Source: Candidatus Calditenuis fumarioli (GTDB lineage Archaea; Thermoproteota; Nitrososphaeria_A; Caldarchaeales; Calditenuaceae). Taken from it: a DNA stretch of 64,000 nucleotides. Location: contig JANVYR010000001.1 in NCBI GenBank assembly GCA_030059665.1, forward strand, positions 224,001-288,000, written 5' to 3'. The notes beneath the pieces are model-generated. The model had not been told where the DNA came from and did no database searches. It saw nothing but the letters and a program-made list of their open reading frames with translations. This document shows positions 37,387-46,900 of the stretch, piece by piece (within the stretch, counting starts at the first letter, position 1; each line of letters begins with the position of its first letter). A program made the position numbers and the translations under genes.

Positions 37387-37449
37387 CCCCGTATTTAGTT
37401 ATCACCGGTGCAGAAAATTGTAACCAAATGTGCGCAAATTTGTAAAGCG

Positions 37450-37767
37450 TTAGCCGCCGCCGAAGAGGAGCCCCATCCCCGAGAGGGAGCGCTCGTCCTC
37501 CTCCTTCAGGGCTTTGACGACCTCCTCGAGCTCGGCCCCTGTCACCACGCGGCCGTCCTCGCCGACCAGCTCCTTGGCCCTGGTCTCCTGCTCCTCGGTC
37601 CCCATCACCCGTATGTAGTAGCCCTCCCTTCCGGTAAGCAGCTTGGCGTCCCGAGAGATCACGCTCGCCCTCGAAGCTAGGTCGTCGGAGAGTATCCTCG
37701 AAAGGACCTTGTCGTGCTTCTCCCCCGGAACCCAGATCACCAGCACACCACGATCTGAGGATCGCAC
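37450..37767 (-). CDS. Hypothetical protein
   Basis: 105-aa ORF, co-oriented downstream of argG, with host-like composition. Confidence 0.6.
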   Translation of the reverse strand: MRSSDRGVLVIWVPGEKHDKVLSRILSDDLASRASVISRDAKLLTGREGYYIRVMGTEEQETRAKELVGEDGRVVTGAELEEVVKALKEEDERSLSGMGLLFGGG

Positions 37768-37810
37768 CTAAAGTGGGTTCGGCTCTTCGATCGCGAGCGC
37801 TGGAACCCCC

Positions 37811-38998
37811 TCACCTGACGCCCCTCCTGGCCCTGTTCAGGATCCTCGTCTCGAGGGACCAGAGCCTGGAGAAGGCCTCGCCGGCGCGCTGGTCGAAGGT
37901 GCTCATGCCGGAGTAGGTGATCAGCTCCTCCGAGTAGGCCGAGAACCCGCTCCTCCTCCCCATCACCCTGAGAGACCCCTTCTCGAGCCTGAGCCTGACC
38001 TCTCCCGTGACCACCTTCTGCGTCTCCTCGATGAAGGCGTCGAGCGCCCTCCTGAGCGGGTCGTGCCAGAGGCCCGCGTAGGCGAGCCAGGTCCACTCCT
38101 CCTCGACCGCCCTCTTGAAGGCCAGGGTCCTCCTCCCCAGCACCAGCTTCTCGAGGTCCCTGTGGGCCCGGATCAGGACGGTCGCCGCGGGCGCCTCGTA
38201 GACCTCCCTCGACTTAAGCCCGATCACCCTGTCCTCGATGTGGTCAATCAGGCCGATGCCGTGTCTCCCAGCGCGGAAGTTCAGGTGGGTGATCATCGCC
38301 TCCAGGGGCATCCTCTCGCCGTTGACGGAGACAGGCGCACCTCTTTCGAACTCCACCGTGATCTCCTCGCCCTCGGGCCACTCGGACGGAGGCCTCAGGA
38401 ACTTGAAGGCGTCCCAGTCGACGGGGTGCCACGGGTCCTCGAGGTCGCCCGCCTCGATGGACCTACCCCAGAGGTTCTCGTCGATGCTGTACTTGCTCTT
38501 CTTGAGGTCCAGCTTGAGCCCCCTCGACCTGGCGTACTCGATCTCCTGGTCCCTGCTCATACCCCACTCCCTCACCGGCGCTATCACCCTCATCTCCGGC
38601 ACGAGGACGGAGAAGGTAGCGTCGAACCTCAGCTGGTCGTTCCCCTTCCCGGTGCAACCGTGTGCCACCGCATCGCACCCCTCCTTCTTGGCGACCCTGG
38701 CAACCTCCTCCGCGATCAGGTACCTGCTGAGGGCGGTCGAGACCGGGTACTCACCCTCGTAGAGCGCGTTCGCCTTGATGGCAGGCTTCACGAACTCCTC
38801 CGCGAACCTGGACTTCCCGTCGATGAGGTAGTGCTTGACCGCACCGGCATCGTAGGCCCTCCGCTCGACCTCCTCGAAGTCCTCGGGCTGGCCGACGTCG
38901 ACCGTCACGGTGATGACCTCGGCGTTGTACTTCTCCTGGAGCCACTTGATCGAGACCGTGGTGTCAAGGCCGCCGCTGTAGGCGAGTGCTACCCGCAC
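37811..38998 (-). CDS. argG: Argininosuccinate synthase
   Basis: LAYSGGLDT, HGCTGKGNDQ, YSIDENLWG and KSREVYEAP. Confidence 0.96.
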   Translation of the reverse strand: MRVALAYSGGLDTTVSIKWLQEKYNAEVITVTVDVGQPEDFEEVERRAYDAGAVKHYLIDGKSRFAEEFVKPAIKANALYEGEYPVSTALSRYLIAEEVARVAKKEGCDAVAHGCTGKGNDQLRFDATFSVLVPEMRVIAPVREWGMSRDQEIEYARSRGLKLDLKKSKYSIDENLWGRSIEAGDLEDPWHPVDWDAFKFLRPPSEWPEGEEITVEFERGAPVSVNGERMPLEAMITHLNFRAGRHGIGLIDHIEDRVIGLKSREVYEAPAATVLIRAHRDLEKLVLGRRTLAFKRAVEEEWTWLAYAGLWHDPLRRALDAFIEETQKVVTGEVRLRLEKGSLRVMGRRSGFSAYSEELITYSGMSTFDQRAGEAFSRLWSLETRILNRARRGVR

Positions 38999-39046
38999 AC
39001 CGACACGCCCCGGTCCACGCTAATAGACCCTATCCCGCCAGGCCCC

Positions 39047-39554
39047 TCAGACCTCGACTACCTCAGCCTCCATCCTATCGAGGTCCAGGACCGCGAAGGT
39101 CGACCTGCCGGTCAGGGCTCCGTAGACCTCTCCCGGGTTCAGAACGAGCGTCTGCCCGACGCGCCGGAGGTCAATTCTGTGCGTGTGGCCGTAGAGAACC
39201 GCGTCCCACCTGTCCGAGACCGCGAGGGCCTCCACTACCCTGACGAGCGTGTCCGCCGAGCCGAAGCCCGTGGACCAGCAGCCTCCTCCCTCCCAGCTCC
39301 AGCTCGTGGGGCCAGTGCGCCAGCTCGATCCCGGACCTCGACGCGACCGAATGAAGCATCAGCGGGTCTCCGTCGTTGTTGCCGAGGACGGCCACGACCC
39401 TCGGGGCAGCACCGGAGAGCTCGCGCAACGTGAACGGGCTAGTGAAGTCTCCGAGGTGGACAACGGCCTCAACGCCCCTCTCCCTGGCGAGCGAGAGGGC
39501 CGACCTCAGCTTGACGAGGTTGTCGTGGGTGTCCGAGAGGACGGCGACCTTCAC
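39047..39554 (-). pseudogene. YfcE/MJ0936-type phosphodiesterase split by a +1 frameshift
   Basis: SDTHD, HLGD and GNND lie in one frame, GHTH and NPGE in another. Removing one C of CCC 39267-39269 restores HGFGSADTLVRVVEALAVS. Confidence 0.8.
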
Positions 39555-39594
39555 GCGTTGCCTTGCCGTGCGCGGCCGGGAAAAACCTTGCCCC

Positions 39595-40194
39595 TCAGAG
39601 GGCCCGGACCAGCAGGTCCATCGCCAGCACCAAGAGCATCGTCGCAAGCCCGGCGGTCAGAAGCCTCTTCACGGCGAACACGGTCCTGAGGTGGAGGGCA
39701 CGCTCCAGAGCAAGGCCTACCGTGACCAGCAATCCGAGCGAGACGGTCACCGAGGCGTAGGTACCGATCAGGGGGTCCGCGTTCAGCAGGAGCGAGAGCA
39801 AAAAGGGCATCGCGACGATTCCGACGCCGAATGCCGCAGAAAGGCCGTTTACGGTCCCCACGAGGACCGGTGCGCTCCGTGCGACCCTCTGGTAGAGCGT
39901 CCCCTTGAGGTCTGCCAGGATGGCCTCCTCCAGCTTCCTGAGCCTGTGCTCCTGCTCGATCCTCTCCGCTATCCAGGCGCCCGTGAAGCCCGAGATGGCA
40001 GATCCGACGGCCACGGAGAGGACCGTCATCAGCGCCGCCTGGTAAGAGAAGGTCCCCGAGAGGAACATGCCCAGCACGAGGCCCGAGCCGACCATGATAC
40101 CGTCGAAGAAGTTCATCACTGCGACCCGGCGGGCCACATCGGCCGCCTTCGCGATGCTCAGGACCTCCCTCGCCCTGCGGATCAGCTCCATCAC
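39595..40194 (-). CDS. VIT1/CCC1-family membrane protein
   Basis: NFFDGI, ISGFTGAWIAERIE and TM helices. Confidence 0.8.
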   Translation of the reverse strand: MMELIRRAREVLSIAKAADVARRVAVMNFFDGIMVGSGLVLGMFLSGTFSYQAALMTVLSVAVGSAISGFTGAWIAERIEQEHRLRKLEEAILADLKGTLYQRVARSAPVLVGTVNGLSAAFGVGIVAMPFLLSLLLNADPLIGTYASVTVSLGLLVTVGLALERALHLRTVFAVKRLLTAGLATMLLVLAMDLLVRAL

Positions 40195-40484
40195 TTCCGC
40201 TCCGGCCTCCTAACCTCGGCCACTACGGCGTCCACCGAGTGGACCACGCCTCCCAGATCGCGGATGGCCTGTGAGATCTCCTCCAGGTCCAGGTCCCTAC
40301 CCTCGACGGTGACCTTGATCGTCTCCGTCTCGGCGTCCACCTCTACCACAGAGGAGTCCACCCGCTCGACGCCCCTCACCCTCGTCAGCTCCAGGGCGAA
40401 CTCGACGACGCTCGGCTGGTGAGGCTTCAACACGTCCAGTACCAGACGGGTGATGTGGGCTTTCCCCTGCGGACCTTCGCCCAC
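40191..40484 (-). CDS. DUF211-family protein
   Basis: RLVLDVLKPHQP and GGVVHSVD; usual partner of VIT1-like genes. Confidence 0.85.
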   Translation of the reverse strand: MGEGPQGKAHITRLVLDVLKPHQPSVVEFALELTRVRGVERVDSSVVEVDAETETIKVTVEGRDLDLEEISQAIRDLGGVVHSVDAVVAEVRRPERK

Positions 40485-40586
40485 CGCCTTACCCTCACCT
40501 GGGACGGAAAGGTGCGTCCAGCTATTAAAGCGCGTTGACCCGTTGACTTATAAGCTGAGAGCGCGGGGGGATTTCAGGGGAACGGG

Positions 40587-40802
40587 ATGGTCAGGCTCTT
40601 CAGGACGCCGGTGGTGGTGGAGGGCAGGAAGGTCGGCGAGTGGTTCTGGGGGGTCACGTGCGACGCCTGCCTGGTCGAGATCGATGCGGCCCACGAGGTG
40701 ACCAGGTGCCCCCACTGCGGTGCCGTCTTCCACTCGTTCTGCTATAACGCCCTCCTCGCCAGCAAGGGCAAGTGCCCCAAGTGCAAGATGGATCTGGCGT
40801 AG
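40587..40802 (+). CDS. Small C4HC3 RING-like zinc-finger protein
   Basis: C25-x2-C28-x12-C41-x2-C44-x4-H49-x2-C52-x10-C63-x2-C66. Confidence 0.75.
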   Translation: MVRLFRTPVVVEGRKVGEWFWGVTCDACLVEIDAAHEVTRCPHCGAVFHSFCYNALLASKGKCPKCKMDLA

Positions 40803-40983
40803 TTTTCGGGCTCGGTGACATTTCCATGTCGTCGGTCAATGCGCCTCTCGGTGAATGTCCTCAACGGCTCCCTTGAAGGTCGCTGGCCCTCCGACGTACA
40901 ACCGAGGACTCGCGCTGAGCCCCTTCCGGAATGGGCCGAGGAAACTCTTATCAGAACGGCGGGGTTTCGGTCGGTGAGGCCTC

Positions 40984-41361
40984 ATGTCAGAGACTGGGGG
41001 CGACGAGATACCGCTGGACTACGTGGAAACTCCCACGGGCCTGCGCGTGCCGACCTTCGAATCGGTGCAGAAGGCCTTCGAGAGGGTCAGGGAGTGGTTC
41101 GAGAGCGCGGAGCAGTACCTGCAGGAGGACGACAGGCGGATAGAGGAGCTCCGGCGCAGGGTTGAGGACCTCCAGATGTCGGCGAGGAGCACGGGAGCGG
41201 CGGGCGAAGACGAGGAGTTCAGGGAGCAAATCCTGAAGGCCATCGACGAGATGAAGAGGCGCCTTGAGAGGATAGAGGAGGAGCTGACCGAGGTGAGCGA
41301 GGCGGTCCAGCTCCTATTTGAGATCGCAGAGCGGCTCGAGCGGTCCGAGAGAAAGTCGTGA
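40984..41361 (+). CDS. Hypothetical coiled-coil protein
   Basis: 125 aa, Glu/Arg-rich heptads; GGTGA-type SD upstream. Confidence 0.65.
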   Translation: MSETGGDEIPLDYVETPTGLRVPTFESVQKAFERVREWFESAEQYLQEDDRRIEELRRRVEDLQMSARSTGAAGEDEEFREQILKAIDEMKRRLERIEEELTEVSEAVQLLFEIAERLERSERKS

Positions 41362-41367
41362 TCGGCG

Positions 41368-42300
41368 CTAACCCTGCTTCAGCTCGCCCTCATCGATGTC
41401 CGTCCTGCCGTATCCGAGGACCTTCCGCTCCGACTCGAGCCTCCGGATCTCGGACTCCAGCTGCTCCTTCCTCCGCTCGAGCCTCCTGATGTCCTCCATC
41501 AGCTCCTCGAACTGCTTCCTGTACGACTCCAGCACCGCCTTCTCCTCCTCCAGCCGTTTGACCTCCTCCCTCTTCCGCTCCTCGAGCCTGGCGAGCCGGA
41601 GCAGCCTCGCCTCCCTGACCCTGAAACGCCTGTCGAGGTCGTTGAAGGCGACCTCCACCTTCCTCGAGGCCTCGTCCAGCTTCCTGAGGTAGCGCTCCTC
41701 CAGGTCCCTGATCTGACGCTCCAGCAGCGCCTTCCGCTCCTCGAGCTCCTCGATCCGTCCGTATACCCCCTGTATCTCCCGTTCCTTCTCCTCCAGCTCC
41801 GCCCTCAGCCTCATCGTCTCCTCCTTGAGCTCCTCCAGCTTCCTCCTCTCCTCGATCAGCTTCGACCGCTCCTCCTCCAGAAGATCCCTGGCCTTCATCA
41901 GGTCCTCGACCGTGTCGTACTGGAGCTTCAGGTACTCCACGAACCGGTCCTGGTCCGCCTTGTACGCCTCGAGTATCCCCCTTATCTTGGTGAGGGTGTC
42001 GAGGGCCTCCAGCAGCCGCTCGGCCACGGTCTCGGTGTGCGCCTTGAAGGCCGCCTCCATGCTCTCCTCGATCACCTGCCTCGTCCCCTCCGACATCGCC
42101 CGCCTCACCTCCACGCCGATCGATCCCAGCCTCGCGGAGACGCTATCGACCGTCTGGGAGAGCCTCTCGAGCTCCCGGGAGAGGTCCTGCTGTAGCGCGT
42201 CGATCCTGGACCTGAGTTCTAGGAGAGCGTTGACGAGCTCCTCCTGCTTTCTCCCTCCGCCGAGCGGGCTCAATCTGTTCAATCCCGAAACGCATATCAT
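41368..42300 (-). CDS. Long coiled-coil protein, no ATPase motif
   Basis: About 310 aa of near-continuous heptads. Start is uncertain (ATG 42300 or a downstream TTG). Confidence 0.7.
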   Translation of the reverse strand: MICVSGLNRLSPLGGGRKQEELVNALLELRSRIDALQQDLSRELERLSQTVDSVSARLGSIGVEVRRAMSEGTRQVIEESMEAAFKAHTETVAERLLEALDTLTKIRGILEAYKADQDRFVEYLKLQYDTVEDLMKARDLLEEERSKLIEERRKLEELKEETMRLRAELEEKEREIQGVYGRIEELEERKALLERQIRDLEERYLRKLDEASRKVEVAFNDLDRRFRVREARLLRLARLEERKREEVKRLEEEKAVLESYRKQFEELMEDIRRLERRKEQLESEIRRLESERKVLGYGRTDIDEGELKQG

Positions 42301-42332
42301 AAATATTTTTCCCACGCGGAGGATTCCCGTGA

Positions 42333-43334
42333 TCAGGGAACCCAGCGCATGAGCTCCTCGACGCTGTTGAGACCCCTCGCCCTCAGCTCCGCGAGAATCT
42401 CCTCGAGGATCCTCCGCACGGCATAGGGACCGCGATAGGCCAGCACCGTGTAGAGCTGGACCGTGTTGGCTCCGGTAGAGAGGGCCTCTACTGCATCTCG
42501 ACCGGTGAACACCCCGCCGACAGCGTTCAGCTCGAACTCCCACCCGAACCTCCTCCTCAGCTCGTTGACGGCCCTCATCATCAGCGGGAACAGGGGCCTT
42601 CCGCTGAGACCCCCCCTTCCCGTGGAGAGGCGGCGGTCCTCGGTGGGGAGCGCGTTGACCGCTGTCACGCCCTCGAACCCCGCGTCGAGCCAGACCCTGA
42701 TCGCCGAGAGGACGGCCTCCCAGAGCCCCTCGATCGGCGGATGGACCTTCAGGTATGTTGGCCTCGACTTGATGGGGCGCAAGGCCTCGACCAGGTCCCT
42801 GAACTTCGTCCCGGAGAGGTAGCTCCTCAACTCCGGAGTGTTAGGGGAGGAGATGTTCACCTCGACGCCGTCACCCACCTGCTGGGCTAGCCGGTAGCAC
42901 CGGACCATCTCCTCGATCTCGACGGCACCGATGCTCACCATCAGTGGTACCTTCCCACCTCTCCTCGCGGAGAGACGGCGTACCGCCTCCTCGATCCCCG
43001 GGTTCGGGAAACCCATGGCGTTCAGCAGAGCCTCCTGCTCCCTCAACCTCACGAGCCTCGGCCTCGGGTTCCCGGGCCTCGGTGAGGCGGTGAAGGTCCC
43101 CGCGGTCACGTATCCGAACCCCAGCTTGGCCAGTCGCGTGGCGTACGATCCCGTCTTGTCAAATCCGGCCGCGAGTCCCACGGGGTTCCTGAGGGTTCCA
43201 AGTGCGGTCCTGACCCTGAGAGCTGGGTCCTCGAGCGAGACTTCAGGGAAGAGCGCGAGCGCCCTCAGCCCCAGGACGTGGGAGGTCTCCGGAGGCATCT
43301 TCCGCAGCAACCTGAAGGCCGCCTCGGCCAGCAA
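42333..43334 (-). CDS. pyrD: Dihydroorotate dehydrogenase (class 2, quinone type)
   Basis: NPVGLAAGFDK, GNPRPRL, NAMGFPN, VNISSPNT and GGLSG. Confidence 0.92.
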   Translation of the reverse strand: MLAEAAFRLLRKMPPETSHVLGLRALALFPEVSLEDPALRVRTALGTLRNPVGLAAGFDKTGSYATRLAKLGFGYVTAGTFTASPRPGNPRPRLVRLREQEALLNAMGFPNPGIEEAVRRLSARRGGKVPLMVSIGAVEIEEMVRCYRLAQQVGDGVEVNISSPNTPELRSYLSGTKFRDLVEALRPIKSRPTYLKVHPPIEGLWEAVLSAIRVWLDAGFEGVTAVNALPTEDRRLSTGRGGLSGRPLFPLMMRAVNELRRRFGWEFELNAVGGVFTGRDAVEALSTGANTVQLYTVLAYRGPYAVRRILEEILAELRARGLNSVEELMRWVP

Positions 43335-43443
43335 CCCGCATCCGTCAGTATGCCCGCGAATATGAGCCTCCCCATCCGGAGCGTCGCGATCGGCATCGGA
43401 TACAGGTTTTTTTTTTGGAGAGCCTTCAAGCTCCGGGCGGAAG

Positions 43444-44907
43444 ATGTGGCTGCTTCCGGTGCCTGATCAGCTGGAGGTACTGATCGTCGGCGCTCTCGTG
43501 ACGCTCGCCGTCGGTTCCCTCTCCGGCAGGGAGTGGGGCAGGCTCGCGTCCTCCGTCACGGCCACGGTTTCCTTCACGGCCTCCCTTTACATCACCCTCG
43601 TCCAGTTCCTGAACGGTTACAGGGTCACGTTCGGACCGGGTCAGGGAATACCGGGGTCGGTCATCGTCGTCGACCAGCTCTCGAACTTCCTCTCGCTGGT
43701 CGTCTTGGCGATCTTCGTCTTCTCCTCGATCTACTCGGTTGGGTACATCGAGGAGAGGCACACCGAGTTCTTCTCGCTCCTGCTGGTCCTCGCGATCGGG
43801 ATGCTAGGCGTCTTCTACGCCGGCGATGCGGTCTCCTTCTTCATCTACTGGGAGGTGATGAGCCTCAGCTCCTACCTTCTAGTGGCGTTCAACTACCGGG
43901 AGTGGGAGGCCGTCGAGGCGTCGCTGAAGTACCTGATCATGAGCTCCACCGGATCCGCGGCGCTCCTCTTCGGGATATCGTTGCTTTACGGCCTGACGGG
44001 GGACCTGACCTTCGCGGGGATGAGAAGCGTTCTGGCCTCCGAAGCTCTCGCCAGGGAGACGTGGTCGATAGCAGCCTTCGCCTTCGTCGTAGGAGGGCTT
44101 GCGGTGAACGCCGCGGTCGCGCCCTTCCACTTCTGGCTTCCGGACGCCCATCCGGCCGCACCTTCCCCGGTCAGCGCTCTCCTTTCCGGCGTCGTGATCA
44201 AGGCCGGCGTCTACGGCATGCTGAGGCTGCTGCTCAACGTCTTCCCGCTTGAGCAGTACGGCTGGCAGCTAGGGCTGCTGATGCTTGGGCTCGTGACGAT
44301 GACGGTGGGGAACCTGATGGCCGCCCTCCAGGACGACATCAAGAGGCTCTTGGCCTTCAGCAGCATCGCCAACATAGGCTACATCGTCTTCGGGATCTCG
44401 CTCGGCAACCAGCTGGGCCTGGTGGGGAGCGTGCTGCACGTCCTCAACCACGCGGTGGCCAAGGCCCTCCTCTTCCTCTCCGCGGGGTCCTTCATCCACA
44501 CATTCCACACCCGCAGCCTCGAGGAGCTCTCCGGCGCCGGCAAAGTCCTTCCCGTCACCGGCATAACCTACAGCGTCGGTGCCCTGAGCCTCGCGGGCGT
44601 TCCCGGACTTAACGCCTTCGTCAGCGAGTACGTCATCATCGCTGGAGCCCTCGCCTCCCCCTTTTGGCCCTTCGCGGTCGTGATGATACTGAACGTGCTG
44701 ATCGGTGCCATGTACCACCTCAGGGTAATTCAGACGATATTCCTGAAGCCCTCGTCGCAGAAGGTGAACCCTGCCCGTGAGCCGGGCTACTCGATGCTGG
44801 TCCCGATGGTGATTCTGGCCATAGCTGCGATCGTGATCGGCGTCTACCCGGCGCCCTTCCTCTCGGCAGCGGAGGCGGCCCTGAGGTCCGTGATCTTGGT
44901 CAGGTGA
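43444..44907 (+). CDS. MrpD/NuoN-like proton-translocating membrane subunit (standalone)
   Basis: FIYWEVM, ASLKY, PFHFWLPDAHPAAPSP, LLAFSSI and NHAVAKALLF. Confidence 0.88.
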   Translation: MWLLPVPDQLEVLIVGALVTLAVGSLSGREWGRLASSVTATVSFTASLYITLVQFLNGYRVTFGPGQGIPGSVIVVDQLSNFLSLVVLAIFVFSSIYSVGYIEERHTEFFSLLLVLAIGMLGVFYAGDAVSFFIYWEVMSLSSYLLVAFNYREWEAVEASLKYLIMSSTGSAALLFGISLLYGLTGDLTFAGMRSVLASEALARETWSIAAFAFVVGGLAVNAAVAPFHFWLPDAHPAAPSPVSALLSGVVIKAGVYGMLRLLLNVFPLEQYGWQLGLLMLGLVTMTVGNLMAALQDDIKRLLAFSSIANIGYIVFGISLGNQLGLVGSVLHVLNHAVAKALLFLSAGSFIHTFHTRSLEELSGAGKVLPVTGITYSVGALSLAGVPGLNAFVSEYVIIAGALASPFWPFAVVMILNVLIGAMYHLRVIQTIFLKPSSQKVNPAREPGYSMLVPMVILAIAAIVIGVYPAPFLSAAEAALRSVILVR

Positions 44908-45006
44908 GGGGATGAGGCCTCCTGCAGGGCCTGAGAATTCCCACCGTAGTGCTCCTTCCTGTGGAGAGGCCCCCCTTAACCGGGAAGGGGAGCGAACAGT
45001 CGGGCG

Positions 45007-45840
45007 ATGTCGTTGAGACGGGAGATGAGTTATATGCAGAACGCGGACTCCGGACTGATGGGGGTGCTGAGCTCGGCGTTGAGGCTCAAGCCGCCGGTAG
45101 CGATGCGGGTGAAAGACCTGCTGAACCTCGCGAGGCTTACGCTGGTCGGAACGGAGCAGCAGACCTTCTTCTGGCACTTCAGCCACGGTAACTCCAGGAT
45201 ACTGGGGTCGCTGTACTCGATACCATACTGGAGGCGTAGCCTCCCGATCTTCTTCTACACGAAGCTCCCGGAGGGCGTGGTGCCGGACGCCTACGTGGCT
45301 TACCGCTACATCGACCGGGAGGAGGTCTTCTTCACCAGGGACAACGACGACCCTAAGTTCCTGTACGCGCCCGTGGTGGAGCTGGACCAGCCACCCGGTT
45401 TCCTCGTGGACGCCGTGAGCGGCAAGTCCAGACCCCAGGTCGAGATGCCGGTACTGACGAGGACCTCCAACTTGTCCTCGTTGCTGAGGCTGCTCGTGGT
45501 GGCCTCCTACGACGGCCAGCAGCCTCCGATACTGAGGTTCGACGCCGACGGCAGGTCGGTCCTCGGCGTGCTACTGCCGTTCTTCGACTACTACGAGGCC
45601 AACGCGCTCCCTGTCTTCGTCTACGTCGAGCTCGAGGCCGCGCCCCAAACGGGCTTCATCAGGTACATCGCGTCGGAGGGCGTCGAGGACGCCGAGTTCA
45701 CCGACCGGGTGACGGACATGAAGTTCTTCTACGCAAGGACCGTCTCGGTTGAGGACAGGCCGTTCTGGATGCCCAACGACGTCGGAGCGAGGAGGAAGAG
45801 GAGAGTGGGGGTGCATCGGTCCAGGGAGGGGGTAGGCTGA
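45007..45840 (+). CDS. Hypothetical protein with internal tandem duplication
   Basis: Two similar halves (LPIFFY...YVAY...FLYAPVV and LPVFVY...FIRY...FFYARTV). Confidence 0.7.
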   Translation: MSLRREMSYMQNADSGLMGVLSSALRLKPPVAMRVKDLLNLARLTLVGTEQQTFFWHFSHGNSRILGSLYSIPYWRRSLPIFFYTKLPEGVVPDAYVAYRYIDREEVFFTRDNDDPKFLYAPVVELDQPPGFLVDAVSGKSRPQVEMPVLTRTSNLSSLLRLLVVASYDGQQPPILRFDADGRSVLGVLLPFFDYYEANALPVFVYVELEAAPQTGFIRYIASEGVEDAEFTDRVTDMKFFYARTVSVEDRPFWMPNDVGARRKRRVGVHRSREGVG

Positions 45841-45913
45841 GCTGGCGCGGATACGTCCTGTCCGTCGTTCCTGGGGTTAACTTCTAATTAGGCCGAACGC
45901 GCTACCGTTTCGG

Positions 45914-46090
45914 ATGTCTGCTGGCAGGAGGCGGAGGAGGGAGGCACCGATGCCGGCTACCGGCGCGGGACTCCTGAGGTTCTTCGAGGAGGAGGGGAGG
46001 GGGCTCAAGCTGAGGCCTGAGATCGTCCTGATCGCTGGAATCGCGCTGATCGCTGGCGTTGTGGTTCTCTCCAAGTTCTTCCCGGTCTAG
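45914..46090 (+). CDS. secG: Preprotein translocase Sec61beta subunit (58 aa)
   Basis: Hand translation MSAGRRRRREAPMPATGAGLLRFFEEEGRGLKLRPEIVLIAGIALIAGVVVLSKFFPV; GAGLLRFFEE is the archaeal Sec61beta signature. Confidence 0.9.
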   Translation: MSAGRRRRREAPMPATGAGLLRFFEEEGRGLKLRPEIVLIAGIALIAGVVVLSKFFPV

Positions 46091-46348
46091 GTGGTGACCT
46101 TGCTCTCGATCGACACGAGGCTCAGGGCCCGAGGGTTCAGGTACGAGGCGGTCAGGTCGCCGTTGATCAGCGAGGCGGTGGCCGTCAGCAGGTCGCTGAG
46201 GGAGGAGGAGAAGGAGAGGGCCGCAAGGGTCCTCTCGGAGCTGGGATCCACCAGCAAGAGGATTCGGGAGTCCGAGCGCCGACGCCTGGACGCGATCGTT
46301 CGGGGAGTGAACGAGATCCTTCCGACCATCAGGAGGAAGGCCTTCTGA
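46091..46348 (+). CDS. Hypothetical protein
   Basis: 85-aa ORF abutting the Sec61beta stop. Confidence 0.55.
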   Translation: MVTLLSIDTRLRARGFRYEAVRSPLISEAVAVSRSLREEEKERAARVLSELGSTSKRIRESERRRLDAIVRGVNEILPTIRRKAF

Positions 46349-46389
46349 GGCAGCAGGCCCCGCGTCATGCCCTTCCGCAGGTCTGCCCC

Positions 46390-46584
46390 TTGAGCGCCGC
46401 GGCGGTCCTCGTCAAGGCCACGCAACTGGCGATCGCGCTGGCACTTCCGGTGCTGGTCCTCGTCTTCCTCCACCATTACGGACAGGGCGTTGGAAGGACC
46501 TGGGTGCCGATCTGGCTGGTGCTGACGCTCCTCTGGAACGCCCTGCTGATAGCGCTGGCGTTGAAGGGGAAGTTCCCAAGGTGA
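46390..46584 (+). CDS. Small 2-TM membrane protein
   Basis: 64 aa with two hydrophobic helices. Confidence 0.5.
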   Translation: MSAAAVLVKATQLAIALALPVLVLVFLHHYGQGVGRTWVPIWLVLTLLWNALLIALALKGKFPR

Positions 46585-46591
46585 GGGGCCC

Positions 46592-46852
46592 TCAGAAGGG
46601 CCTCGGCCTCAGGACCACCTGCTTGCCCTCACGCCTGAGGGTTATGGTCTTGTGCTTCCCGACGTTCTCCCTCAGCTGCGACGGGACGTACACCCTGCCG
46701 TACCTGTCGATGGGGACCACCCACCTCTCGCCGCCGAGCTCGATCACAGCCTCCACCGCACCCTCCGCGATCCGCTTCGGCACCTTCACCCGCCAGTACT
46801 TCCGAACGTTCTTGTCGATCTGGATTACCTCCGCAAGACCCTGAGACTCCAT
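46592..46852 (-). CDS. AbrB/MazE/SpoVT-like DNA-binding protein (double repeat)
   Basis: IDRYGRVYVPSQLRE motif plus an N-terminal VKVPKRI repeat. Confidence 0.65.
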   Translation of the reverse strand: MESQGLAEVIQIDKNVRKYWRVKVPKRIAEGAVEAVIELGGERWVVPIDRYGRVYVPSQLRENVGKHKTITLRREGKQVVLRPRPF

Positions 46853-46900
46853 TGGTATAACGAATTATGCCTCACCTTATAAATTGGAGGCGAGGGCGGT

